From assembly GCA_031426555.1 (NCBI GenBank), contig JANPLN010000049.1, forward strand, positions 1,223-65,222: DNA of 64,000 nt, given 5' to 3'. The position numbers and the translations under genes are program-made. The stretch is from Bdellovibrionales bacterium. GTDB lineage: Bacteria; Bdellovibrionota; Bdellovibrionia; Bdellovibrionales; JAGQZY01. Below are positions 18,524 to 27,792 of the stretch, one piece after another. The notes under the pieces were generated by a model. It saw only the letters and a list, made by a program, of their open reading frames with translations. It was not told the origin of the DNA and did no database searches. Every line of letters starts with the position of its first letter. The first letter of the stretch is position 1.

Positions 18524-19238
18524 AGAACCCCACGCGCCAACCATTCGCCAAATGTTTTCGGAAATCGCTCCCAGCTACGACAAAGCCAATTCGGTTTTGT
18601 CTTTGGGAATTCATCTTCTTTGGAAAAAAAAACTTGTTAAACTGAGCGGCGCAAAACCGGGCGATCGCATTTTGGATTGTGCAACTGGCACGGGCGACTT
18701 GGCCATTCTGTTTAAAGAGCAAGTGGGCGGTACTGGTAACGTGATTGGCACCGATTTTTGTGCCGAAATTTTGGCGTTGGCCCCGCAAAAAGCAAAGGCA
18801 AAAAATTTAGATGTGACGTTCGAAACCGCCGACGTCACGCAACTGCCCTACACCGATAAATCCTTTGATATCAGCTGTATTTCTTTTGGCATTCGCAACG
18901 TGGATAATTTGCAGCGCGCACTCGATGAGCTGGCTCGCGTGGTTCGCCCCGGTGGACGCGTGATGATTATGGAGTTTGGCCAAATCCAGTGGCCGGTGAT
19001 CAAGCAGGCTTACAACGTTTACTCCGACTGGATCTTGCCGCGCCTGGGAGGCCTGATCTCTGGAAATACAAAAGCTTACAAATACCTGAACGATTCAGCC
19101 AAACAATTTCCGTGCGGCGACGAATTTGTAAAACGAGCCATGGCCACAGGCCGTTACTCGTCGATGACAGTGAAGCCCCTTTCTCTGGGCGTGGCTTATA
19201 TCTACACTGGTATCGTAACTGACATCGTAAAAACTTAA
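18516..19238 (+). CDS. ubiE: Demethylmenaquinone/ubiquinone C-methyltransferase
   Basis: MFSEIAPSYDKANSVLSLGIHLLWKKK is the UbiE/MenG N-terminal signature. The SAM motif is ILDCATGTGDLA. It overlaps the DAHPS gene by 8 nt. Confidence 0.88.
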   Translation: MYKEPHAPTIRQMFSEIAPSYDKANSVLSLGIHLLWKKKLVKLSGAKPGDRILDCATGTGDLAILFKEQVGGTGNVIGTDFCAEILALAPQKAKAKNLDVTFETADVTQLPYTDKSFDISCISFGIRNVDNLQRALDELARVVRPGGRVMIMEFGQIQWPVIKQAYNVYSDWILPRLGGLISGNTKAYKYLNDSAKQFPCGDEFVKRAMATGRYSSMTVKPLSLGVAYIYTGIVTDIVKT

Positions 19239-19277
19239 AACGACGACGATAGACACACCGACGAAAAGGTTCAATCC

Positions 19278-20456
19278 TTGAAAACACAAAAACGTTTTGC
19301 TTTTTCCACCGCAGCTCTCTTAGTCATCGCCAATTGCATCGGCACCGGGATTTTTACAACCACGGGTTTTTTGCTCGCCACGCTTAAAAATCCCACGGTT
19401 GTCTTCTTTGTGTGGTGTTTGGGTGCGGCCTACGCGCTCCTCGGTGTGCGCTGCTATCAAAAACTCCACGATCTCTATCCTGGCTCTGGGGGCGAGTACC
19501 ATTTTCTCAAAGAGGGTTATCACACCGCCATTGGACGCTTTGCTGGTTTTGTTTCGCTGGTGGCGGGCTTCTCGGCCCCCATCGCCGCTTCGGCCTTAGG
19601 CTTTGCGCTGTATCTGCAAAAATTTTCCAGTTATTCGCTCTCGCCCTTTGTGCTCGCTAGTGTTTTGGTTTTGTGTGTTGCAGGTCTGCAATATTTTTAT
19701 GAAAACTTTTTTTTAAAAACGCATAATTTTTTAGTTTTTGGAAAATTGATCGGGCTATTTTTGATTGTCTTAATCTGCGCCTACTCCGCGTCCTGGAATC
19801 CCATCTCGGTAGAAAGTTTTGAGTTCTCTCCCAAACTCATGGCCTCATCGTTCTTTTGGTGCGCCTATGCGTTTTCGGGCTGGAATGCTGTGTACTATGT
19901 GGCCGGCGAAGTTCTCAACGAAAATAAACAGATTCATCGTGCCTCGTTTTGGGGGACCGTGGGCGTGGTCTTTCTTTATCTAGGACTGAATAGCGTAATG
20001 TTGTTTTCAGGCCGACCAGACCTCTTGCAAGGACAACCCGAAGTGGTGGCGCGGTTTTTAGAGCAAATTTTTAGTTCTTCCATAACCCCATGGCTCTCTT
20101 TGCTGATCGCCTTTGGCTTGATTACCACAACGTCGGCGCTTTTTATTGCGGGTCCCCGCGTGTATGCGAGGATGGCGGCCGATCGTGCACTTCCCCGGTA
20201 CCTTGCTGTTCGCGAAGGGCACACGCCCCATGCGTCTTTGCTTTTACAAACGGCCCTTGCACTTCTTATCATCTGGGCTTTTGATTTTGATAAAATTTTA
20301 CATCACACGGGTTTCATCCTTACCTTTTGTTCGGCCCTGGCCGCCTCGGTTCTATTGAAGAAAACTCCATACACCCGCTGGGCCTTCTGGGAGGCTCTGA
20401 TCTTTTGTGTTCTGTCAGGAGGACTCATTGCTGTTGACGTTTTTAGCATGGCGTGA
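19278..20456 (+). CDS. Amino acid/polyamine (APC superfamily) permease
   Basis: About 11-12 hydrophobic helices. The N-terminal VIANCIGTGIFTTTGF resembles the APC GxG-I-F motif. TTG start. Confidence 0.7.
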   Translation: MKTQKRFAFSTAALLVIANCIGTGIFTTTGFLLATLKNPTVVFFVWCLGAAYALLGVRCYQKLHDLYPGSGGEYHFLKEGYHTAIGRFAGFVSLVAGFSAPIAASALGFALYLQKFSSYSLSPFVLASVLVLCVAGLQYFYENFFLKTHNFLVFGKLIGLFLIVLICAYSASWNPISVESFEFSPKLMASSFFWCAYAFSGWNAVYYVAGEVLNENKQIHRASFWGTVGVVFLYLGLNSVMLFSGRPDLLQGQPEVVARFLEQIFSSSITPWLSLLIAFGLITTTSALFIAGPRVYARMAADRALPRYLAVREGHTPHASLLLQTALALLIIWAFDFDKILHHTGFILTFCSALAASVLLKKTPYTRWAFWEALIFCVLSGGLIAVDVFSMA

Positions 20457-20510
20457 TTAACCCAACACATCAGCCAAGGACCACGCCCATGGCCACTAAC
20501 AAGGGGAATT

Positions 20511-22181
20511 ATGAAACACGTTTTTAAATTCACAGTTTTATCAATCATTTCACTCACAACTTTCGCAGCCTGGTCGGTGACCGAGCAAGAGTACTTGTTG
20601 CAAAACAAAACGTACACCGATGGTCTGGTTGAGTTTTTTAAAAACGAAGACAAGCTTGCCCGCCAGGTTGAGGGTCTTAAAAAAGCGAAAAAAGAAACAG
20701 AAGCTCAACTGAAAACACAAACAGCCAGTCTTGCGAGTACGACTAAAAAACTCAAAAACGAGCAAAGCACACTGACTTCTCTTAAAGACAAAGAGCTCAA
20801 TAAGGTACAACTCGAAGCCAATTTGAAGTCGCAAAAGCAACAGAACCTCAACAAGATAAATAATCTTGAGGGGCAGATCTCAAACGCTTCTAACCAACTC
20901 CAGAATATTAACTTTACAGTTTCCCAGCTGCAAAATGAAGAGAACTCGCTAATCAATAAATATAACACCCAACAACAGGTTGTGAACTTTGCCGAGAATA
21001 CTGTTCGCAATCTCGAAGACGAAATTCGTCAACTCCGACGGGACATCGAACGTGCGCAGGATCAAATCCAAAGATTGAATAATCAGATTAACAACCTCGA
21101 AGCTCAGAAAGCTGCAGAACCCGATCCGGTTATCCAGGCGCAAATCCAGGCTGAAATTCAGCAAAAGAAAAACCAAAAGCAAAACTTAAAAAGCGATATT
21201 GACTTTGCTGAAGCTCGTTTGAACTCTAAAAAGCTTCAACTCATCAATGCAGAGTCAGATGTTAGCCAAGAGCAAAATAAGTTGAGCACGATCAGAATCC
21301 AGCTCAATGGTAAACAAAATGAATTGCAATCGGCGTTCAATCAGCAAAACCAAATTAAAAACGAAGTGGACAGTCTGAAGTCGCAGAAATCGTCTTTGGT
21401 ATCAAAGAACAGCAATATCAACGCCGAACTTGATGTTCTCGCAAACTTGCCCTTCTACATCGCCGAATCCGAGAGCAAGATTCAGTCGCTGACTCAGCAA
21501 AAAGGACAACAAGAAGCCACTGTGAACCAAACTCAAGCGGCTTTGACTTCCGTCAGCGCAAATTTGGCCACAACTCAGCAGCAGCTTGAAACGTCAAAAG
21601 CTACTGTTTTGGCTCAAGAGAAAGGCCACGACGGCGTCCTTAAAGAATTTTTAACCACAGCTGCGATTGTCGCTCCCACAATTCTGCCCGAAGGTACTAT
21701 CTCTATCGATAGCACTTTGGCGACTGAACTGATTGCGACTTCCAAAGACTGGTCCGTGTTTAAGGGAACTTCCACAACACTCGGGGGCGGAAACGTGTGC
21801 GTGGCCTCAACGCAGGTTTTAGATTCTGTGTCGGGCGTTATTTCAGAACTGATGGTGGTAAAGCTTGGTGACGTTGCAAACGGTTACTCTTCGCCCTTCA
21901 TCGTTACTACTCACTCGCGCATTGCCGATCTGGTTGTGAAGGGGCAGCTAAAAACCGATAGCAGCAAATCCATCCTACTTCCGTTGTTGCAAAGCCCTGT
22001 GGCCAACGAAAAAGCGCTGATCGCCCGTTATTCCGATACAGCTTCGTTGATTTCGCACTTAAAAGCTCACAGCTCAGCAAAAGTGGAGTTCACGGTGCCA
22101 GGTGCGCCAGTCATTATCCCTTTCTCACTCCGTGGCTCCAGCGCCATGGTCAGCAAAATGCTCGAAGCTTGTAGAAACTAA
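20511..22181 (+). CDS. Secreted Q/N/K-rich coiled-coil protein with a globular C-terminal domain
   Basis: Signal peptide, then about 330 aa of heptad-like Q/N/L/K-rich sequence, then a ~170-aa Cys-flanked domain (W..F..GGGNVCVAS...FSLRGSSAMVSKMLEAC) whose layout vaguely recalls IalB-type domains. Function unknown. Confidence 0.55.
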   Translation: MKHVFKFTVLSIISLTTFAAWSVTEQEYLLQNKTYTDGLVEFFKNEDKLARQVEGLKKAKKETEAQLKTQTASLASTTKKLKNEQSTLTSLKDKELNKVQLEANLKSQKQQNLNKINNLEGQISNASNQLQNINFTVSQLQNEENSLINKYNTQQQVVNFAENTVRNLEDEIRQLRRDIERAQDQIQRLNNQINNLEAQKAAEPDPVIQAQIQAEIQQKKNQKQNLKSDIDFAEARLNSKKLQLINAESDVSQEQNKLSTIRIQLNGKQNELQSAFNQQNQIKNEVDSLKSQKSSLVSKNSNINAELDVLANLPFYIAESESKIQSLTQQKGQQEATVNQTQAALTSVSANLATTQQQLETSKATVLAQEKGHDGVLKEFLTTAAIVAPTILPEGTISIDSTLATELIATSKDWSVFKGTSTTLGGGNVCVASTQVLDSVSGVISELMVVKLGDVANGYSSPFIVTTHSRIADLVVKGQLKTDSSKSILLPLLQSPVANEKALIARYSDTASLISHLKAHSSAKVEFTVPGAPVIIPFSLRGSSAMVSKMLEACRN

Positions 22182-22186
22182 AGGAC

Positions 22187-22639
22187 ATGATGATGAAAAA
22201 TGTTTTGTTCACTTTGATTTTAAGCGCGCTCCCCTTCGCGGCAGCTTCTGCAGCGACTCTCAACCTAAAGGCCCAATGCACGGTTTCAGGTGAGTATTCC
22301 GAAGTGGACAACGACGAGGCAAAGTCCAATGGTTGGACTGTTTCCGAAGATGAATACGGTGACGTTTCTTATGTGATCGACATCGCGACGGAGACTTCGC
22401 AGCTACCGATCAATAAATCTTTGGGTGACCTCAATGTGAGCGTAACTAAGGATGGTCGATTGGAACTCGGAATGAGTGTTGGCGATGCCGATGCTGGCGC
22501 CGATTCCAGCTTGCTGCTCCCACAAAAAAATGGCGAGCTGTTGCCAATTGCAGGCCTCCAGTGGACCGTCTCCGGCGGTGACTATGCGTCCGGTATGTGG
22601 GGCTTCAATTGCTCCACCGAAATTTCAATCAATAACTAA
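22187..22639 (+). CDS. Hypothetical secreted protein
   Basis: Signal peptide MMMKNVLFTLILSALPFAAASA. It starts 5 nt after the upstream stop, so is probably co-transcribed. Confidence 0.45.
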   Translation: MMMKNVLFTLILSALPFAAASAATLNLKAQCTVSGEYSEVDNDEAKSNGWTVSEDEYGDVSYVIDIATETSQLPINKSLGDLNVSVTKDGRLELGMSVGDADAGADSSLLLPQKNGELLPIAGLQWTVSGGDYASGMWGFNCSTEISINN

Positions 22640-22681
22640 TCCAAAGGCGAAAAGCTTTTGGCGATAAAAAAGGAGAACACA

Positions 22682-23065
22682 ATGAATCAATTATTTTTAA
22701 CTCTCTCTGCAATCTGTTTAATGACTACAGCCAACGCCAAAGTGGTTGCTGAGAATACTCAAGTTGTTGAAGTCGAACTCAAGTCGGTGGTTTTGGAAGT
22801 GAGTGCAAAATGTAAATCACCAAAGTACGAAGACGACACTTTCCAAGTTTTTTTCTCCGAGGCTTCCTATGCTGAAGTTTCTTCCTACCAAAAAAGTGGC
22901 TACTCCTACAAGCTCCTGGATAAAAACTGCGGAAGGTACGATGCAACTAAAACACCTCTTTCAAGCAATGACTATGAAACTGTTCAGATTTTGATGGTAA
23001 ATGCTTGGGAAGCTGAAGAAATTTTGGCCGAAGCCCTCAAAAAAGCCTGGAACTCTGTTAAGTAA
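22682..23065 (+). CDS. Hypothetical secreted protein
   Basis: Start at MNQLFLTLSAICLMTTANA (22682), preceded by AAAAGGAGAA. Third gene of the putative 20511-23065 operon. Confidence 0.45.
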   Translation: MNQLFLTLSAICLMTTANAKVVAENTQVVEVELKSVVLEVSAKCKSPKYEDDTFQVFFSEASYAEVSSYQKSGYSYKLLDKNCGRYDATKTPLSSNDYETVQILMVNAWEAEEILAEALKKAWNSVK

Positions 23066-23079
23066 TATTTCTAACGCAT

Positions 23080-23104
23080 CTTTACTACCGCTACGGTAGT
23101 AAAG
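23080..23104. repeat. Perfect 11-bp-stem palindrome (CTTTACTACCG-CTA-CGGTAGTAAAG); left copy of a 19-nt direct repeat
   Basis: Read directly. The 19-nt TACCGCTACGGTAGTAAAG (23086-23104) recurs identically at 24667-24685. Confidence 0.8.
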
Positions 23105-24666
23105 ATGACCTTTATCCCGTTTTTGGTACCAGTAAATTATTATTTAGATATTGGGTTATTCCTTAATAGAGAGTTTTTGATGGAGTATTCGGAGTTATTT
23201 CCGAAACCTGCTAGGTCATGTTACCAATGCATTCAAGAACACTCAACGGACAACTGACCAGGGTTTAGGCAAGGCAGAATTCTCATTCTCAAAGATTGTC
23301 CTTTAAAAGATTGATAAGATTCTTTCATCTGTATTAGTCAAGAAAATGTATCTACGATAAAGACCTTAATTTAAAAATCTCAACAACTGATCGTCGAACC
23401 TTGATACAGGGACCATTGTCGATTTGTATACGGCCTCGCCAGTTTGACGAGTCTGAGTAGTGACGCTCCCGCTCCAAAAATCTGGATTTCCGTTATACAT
23501 TTCCCATTTTAGACAAGGCACACTTTCAGATTTAAATTCAGGTCGATATATGAGTGGTGTTCCTCCTCCGACCATTATACCTTCCAGTAAGCCAGTTGAT
23601 GCGTTGAACACAGGACCTCCTGAATTACCTGGGTACGCAGGTATATTGGTATTGTCGTCAAAAGGTGAATAAGACGATTTTGACTCTGTTAAGTGCCCAT
23701 TCGAGTACATCCTTGGTAAACCAAATGGAGTGCCAATGGTGTACAAAAAATCTTCAACACCAATTTTTTGGTTCAAGTTTAAATTCACAGGACCAATTCC
23801 TTCTGCTTTCCTATCTAAGCGAACTAAAGCTATATCCATGTTTTTTTCATGTTTTCTATATTCTATATGTATACATGAAAACAACTGAGACTTTTCATGA
23901 TGGGTGGATAGGTTCTGGGGATCAATACCAAAGATAATTTTCTTTTCTTTACAAGAATCTCTGCTAATACAGTGCGCTGCTGTTAAAATTAAGTCCTCGC
24001 CAACCAAAACTCCTGCACAGGTGCCACCGCTAATTCCTTTTGATAAATAAAAATCTTCACCGGCGCAAAAATCTTTAAATCCGATTGATTGAGTGTGGAT
24101 ACTGAAAACACCATTCCACCAATCAGAAATGCTTTGATTAACAAAGCTCTTGTCAACGATCGCGGCTGTGGCAGCTAAGTTCTTTTGAACTTGATGGTCG
24201 TTAATCTTAGAACTGTCGAAAAGGCCACTACTCGCTAAGCTGTAATTCATTATACAGCAATTTAATGCTAGAACTTGTAGTGATGGTAGTAAGTTTCGCC
24301 AATTCATATTGTATGATGATAGCAAATACAATGCCCGATAAATCGGCGTAAATTGTTGATGACGAATTCAAAGTGTCTAAATCTTTTACAAAGAAACGTA
24401 AAATGTAATTTAAACGCCCCTCTCCGGTTTTAACTTTCACTTGCCATTAAAGTAAAAAGTATCCTGCTAAGTGAACAAAACCAAAGGTTTGAGGCTCACC
24501 AAGTGCTGACAAACGCTCTATAGACCTGATCAGCCTATGAAATAATCCCAACCAGCAGAATCTACCCGTTCTATGAAACAAGTGCCATTATTTTAGGGTC
24601 ATCATCTCATATGAGAAAACAGCAATAACCCGTTGCCATGCAAGCACCGGGTTGACGCGAGTCTAT
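23105..24666. other. AT-rich islet (putative horizontally acquired insertion) carrying one protease gene
   Basis: Visibly lower G+C than the flanks and bounded by the identical 19-nt direct repeats. No integrase or transposase is present. Confidence 0.4.
23366..24331 (-). CDS. Secreted trypsin-like (S1) serine protease
   Basis: Triad contexts LTAAHCI, DIALVRL and GNSGGPVF. AT-rich codon usage. The start could instead be Met9 (24307). Confidence 0.7.
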   Translation of the reverse strand: MYLLSSYNMNWRNLLPSLQVLALNCCIMNYSLASSGLFDSSKINDHQVQKNLAATAAIVDKSFVNQSISDWWNGVFSIHTQSIGFKDFCAGEDFYLSKGISGGTCAGVLVGEDLILTAAHCISRDSCKEKKIIFGIDPQNLSTHHEKSQLFSCIHIEYRKHEKNMDIALVRLDRKAEGIGPVNLNLNQKIGVEDFLYTIGTPFGLPRMYSNGHLTESKSSYSPFDDNTNIPAYPGNSGGPVFNASTGLLEGIMVGGGTPLIYRPEFKSESVPCLKWEMYNGNPDFWSGSVTTQTRQTGEAVYKSTMVPVSRFDDQLLRFLN

Positions 24667-24685
24667 TACCGCTACGGTAGTAAAG
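24667..24685. repeat. Right copy of the 19-nt direct repeat TACCGCTACGGTAGTAAAG
   Basis: Identical to 23086-23104. The left half-palindrome is degenerate here (TATTACCG). Confidence 0.8.
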
Positions 24686-24824
24686 GTCTGTAACCTTTCT
24701 TGGCAGATCCAGAAAAACACACCAGAAAAACACAGTTGAGCAAAATAACTAAACCAACGAGTAGAGTGGTTCGTTCCAGCAATTCGAAAATTGATACCCT
24801 ATATTAAAGAAGAGGGTTTTTAGC

Positions 24825-25055
24825 ATGATTCGATACCATCTCCATAAATTGCGGTTGTTAGTTGTTTTGTTACCTGCCATTGGGTGTTCCACCTACAAAC
24901 AAAACGGCAAATGTTACGACTACAAACCAACTGGCTGTCTTTTTATGGGTGCACGTTTGGTGTGCGAAGTGAATTCTGAAGGCTGCGAAACCTGCAATTG
25001 CATTCCGTTACAACATGGAAAAGATAAAACCCTCGAAAAACGCGAGGCTTGGTAA
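24825..25055 (+). CDS. Small Cys-rich putative lipoprotein
   Basis: LLPAIGC lipobox-like signal, with eight Cys in 76 aa in total (one in the lipobox, seven after it). No family recognised. Confidence 0.35.
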   Translation: MIRYHLHKLRLLVVLLPAIGCSTYKQNGKCYDYKPTGCLFMGARLVCEVNSEGCETCNCIPLQHGKDKTLEKREAW

Positions 25056-25113
25056 GCTGCCGCCTTGCCCGAAACTACCTGTCGGCTGAATACGACAGCC
25101 TCACTTCGCCGAA

Positions 25114-27792
25114 CTAACTGCGCAACCTTGTAAGACCCTCTTCGTAGCCCGCAATCTTCGAGCGCAGCTCTGCGAGCAAGGTTGTGTCTTTTTGCACGAT
25201 ATCTTCCGGCGCATTTTTCACAAAGTTGGCATTGGATAGTTTGCCTGAAAGCACAGCGATATCTTTATTGGTCTTCTCGATCATTTTTTGCACGCGCTTG
25301 ATTTCTTCGTCGATATCCACGAGTCCCTCAAGAGGCACCACCACATCGATCCGAGTGTCGGCAAAGCGCACGGGAGCCACAGCACACTTCGAAAGCGAAC
25401 TGCGCGGCTCCACTTTTAATTCGTCGAGCCCTGCCAAGCGCATGATTTCGGCTTCGTTGCGCAAGAGAATTTTTTGTGTGGCTTCGTCTTGCGGCACGGT
25501 CCACACCTTCATCTTTTGACTTGGCTTTATCAAATTTTCGCCGCGGATGTTTCGCACGGCCAAGATAACTTCCATAACCACTTTCATCTCGTAGCTTGAT
25601 TCTGCAGAGCCAAAAGCCAACCACGCCTTATCGCCCTGTTGAGTTGGATACTCGTCGATGATGCAGGCTTTGTTTTTAAACGGCAGCTTTTGATAAATTT
25701 CCTCGGTAATAAACGGCGTAAATGGATGCAGCAAGCGTGTGATGCGATTGAGAGTTTGTAACAATACCACTTGCGTCGCCAGTTTGGTTTGGCCTTCGCC
25801 CTTGTAGAGCACTGGCTTTGAAAATTCTAAATACCAGTCGCAGAATTCATGCCACACAAACGAGTACAGGCTGCTTGCCACATCGGAAAAACGATCTTCG
25901 CCAAGGAAGGTTTCCACCTCTTTCATTACTTCGCCCGAGCGATACACAATCCAGCGGTCGGCTGTGGATAAATCTTTGGATGATTTGATTTGTGCCATGT
26001 CTTTTTCGGTCACGCCATCGGTGTTTTGCAAAATAAATCGAGCTGCGTTCCACAACTTGTTCATAAAGTTGCGATAGCCCTCCAGGCGATCCACAGAAAA
26101 TTTTAAATCTTTTCCCGATGCAATTTGCGACATCAAGGTAAAGCGCAGGGCATCGGCTCCGTACTGATCAATCATCTCCACCGGGTCTAATGAGTTGCCG
26201 AGGGACTTTGACATTTTTTTGCCGTCGGAGTCGCGAACCAAACCGTGAATATAAACTTTGCGAAAGGGAATATCACCCGTCAGCTCGAGACCCATCATGA
26301 TCATGCGAGCGACCCAGAAAAAGATAATGTCGTGGCCGGTCACAAGAACGCTTGTTGGGTAAAACGTTTTTAAAGCTTCGGTATTTTCGGGCCAGCCCAT
26401 TGTGCTAAATGGCCACAACCCCGAGCTAAACCACGTGTCCAATACGTCTTCATCCTGACGAAGCTTTGTGCTTTGGCATTGTTCACACTGATTGGGATCG
26501 TGCTCACTCACCGTCACGTGGGCGCATGCTTCGCAATACCATGCGGGAATACGATGGCCCCACCAAAGCTGACGCGAAATACACCAGTCTTGAATGATGC
26601 TCATCCAGTGAAGGTAAGTTTTTGACCACATCTCGGGTTCAAAAGTAATGCTGCCGTTCTCCACCATGTGGCGTGCGGGTGTGGCCATGCTTTGAGTGCG
26701 TACAAACCACTGCTCCGACACAAAGGGTTCGGCAATGGCGCCCGTGCGATCGCAAAAACCCACCGAGTGTGTGTGCGGTTCGACTTTGACTAGTATTCCT
26801 TGCTCTTCCAGATCAGCGACAATTTTTTTACGTGCTTCGACAGTGGAGAGACCTTTATAATTTCCGCCGTTTTCGTTAAGCGTGCCGTTTTTATTGAGAA
26901 TGTTTATAAAATCAAGTTTATGTTTTTTACCGAGTTCGTAATCGTTGAAATCGTGGGAGGGGGTAACTTTAAGCGCGCCACTGCCGAAGTCTTTATCCAC
27001 GTAGCTATCGGCGATGATGGGAATTTTTCTACCAGTGAGAGGAAGTAAAACTTTTTTGCCAATTAATTTTTTATATCGCTCATCTTCGGGGTGCACACAA
27101 ATGGCAGAATCACCAAGCATGGTTTCAGGTCGCGTTGTGGCGATGACGATTTTTTCTGTGCTTCCCTCCATCGGGTAAGCCAGATGATATAAGCTTCCTT
27201 TGATTTCTTTGTGCACAACCTCTAAATCCGAAATCGCAGATTGCAATGGTGGGGACCAGTTGACAATTTTTTCGCCCTTGTAAATCCAACCTTTTTTATA
27301 CAGCTTCACAAATACTTTGCGAACCGCTTTCGAAACACCATCATCAAGTGTGAAGACCTTGCGGTCCCAGTCTACGGAGTTTCCAAGGCGTTCCATTTGA
27401 TTGTAAATACGTTCGCCGTATTGATTTTTCCAGTCCCAGATTTTTTTCACGAATTCTTCGCGGCCAAAATCATGACGCGTTTTTTTTGTTTCTTTGTGTA
27501 AAAGTTTTTCCACAACCGCCTGTGTGGCAATTCCCGCGTGATCTGTACCGGGCAACCACAGGGTGTTAAAGCCGCTCATACGTTTCCAACGAATCATCAC
27601 ATCTTGAATGGTGTGATCCAACGCGTGTCCCATGTGTAAGAAGCCTGTCACATTCGGCGGAGGTAGGATGATGCTAAATGGAACTTTCGTCGATTTGTCG
27701 TCCGCTTTGAAATACCCCTTTTGTTTCCACCAGGTGTAGGTTTTTGCTTCGACCTCTGTTGGATTGTAACGATCGGATAACATTTCACTCAT
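25114..27792 (-). CDS. valS: Valine--tRNA ligase
   Basis: PPPNVTGFLHMGHAL (HIGH), KMSKSLGN (KMSKS), an editing domain and a C-terminal coiled coil. 892 aa. Confidence 0.97.
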   Translation of the reverse strand: MSEMLSDRYNPTEVEAKTYTWWKQKGYFKADDKSTKVPFSIILPPPNVTGFLHMGHALDHTIQDVMIRWKRMSGFNTLWLPGTDHAGIATQAVVEKLLHKETKKTRHDFGREEFVKKIWDWKNQYGERIYNQMERLGNSVDWDRKVFTLDDGVSKAVRKVFVKLYKKGWIYKGEKIVNWSPPLQSAISDLEVVHKEIKGSLYHLAYPMEGSTEKIVIATTRPETMLGDSAICVHPEDERYKKLIGKKVLLPLTGRKIPIIADSYVDKDFGSGALKVTPSHDFNDYELGKKHKLDFINILNKNGTLNENGGNYKGLSTVEARKKIVADLEEQGILVKVEPHTHSVGFCDRTGAIAEPFVSEQWFVRTQSMATPARHMVENGSITFEPEMWSKTYLHWMSIIQDWCISRQLWWGHRIPAWYCEACAHVTVSEHDPNQCEQCQSTKLRQDEDVLDTWFSSGLWPFSTMGWPENTEALKTFYPTSVLVTGHDIIFFWVARMIMMGLELTGDIPFRKVYIHGLVRDSDGKKMSKSLGNSLDPVEMIDQYGADALRFTLMSQIASGKDLKFSVDRLEGYRNFMNKLWNAARFILQNTDGVTEKDMAQIKSSKDLSTADRWIVYRSGEVMKEVETFLGEDRFSDVASSLYSFVWHEFCDWYLEFSKPVLYKGEGQTKLATQVVLLQTLNRITRLLHPFTPFITEEIYQKLPFKNKACIIDEYPTQQGDKAWLAFGSAESSYEMKVVMEVILAVRNIRGENLIKPSQKMKVWTVPQDEATQKILLRNEAEIMRLAGLDELKVEPRSSLSKCAVAPVRFADTRIDVVVPLEGLVDIDEEIKRVQKMIEKTNKDIAVLSGKLSNANFVKNAPEDIVQKDTTLLAELRSKIAGYEEGLTRLRS

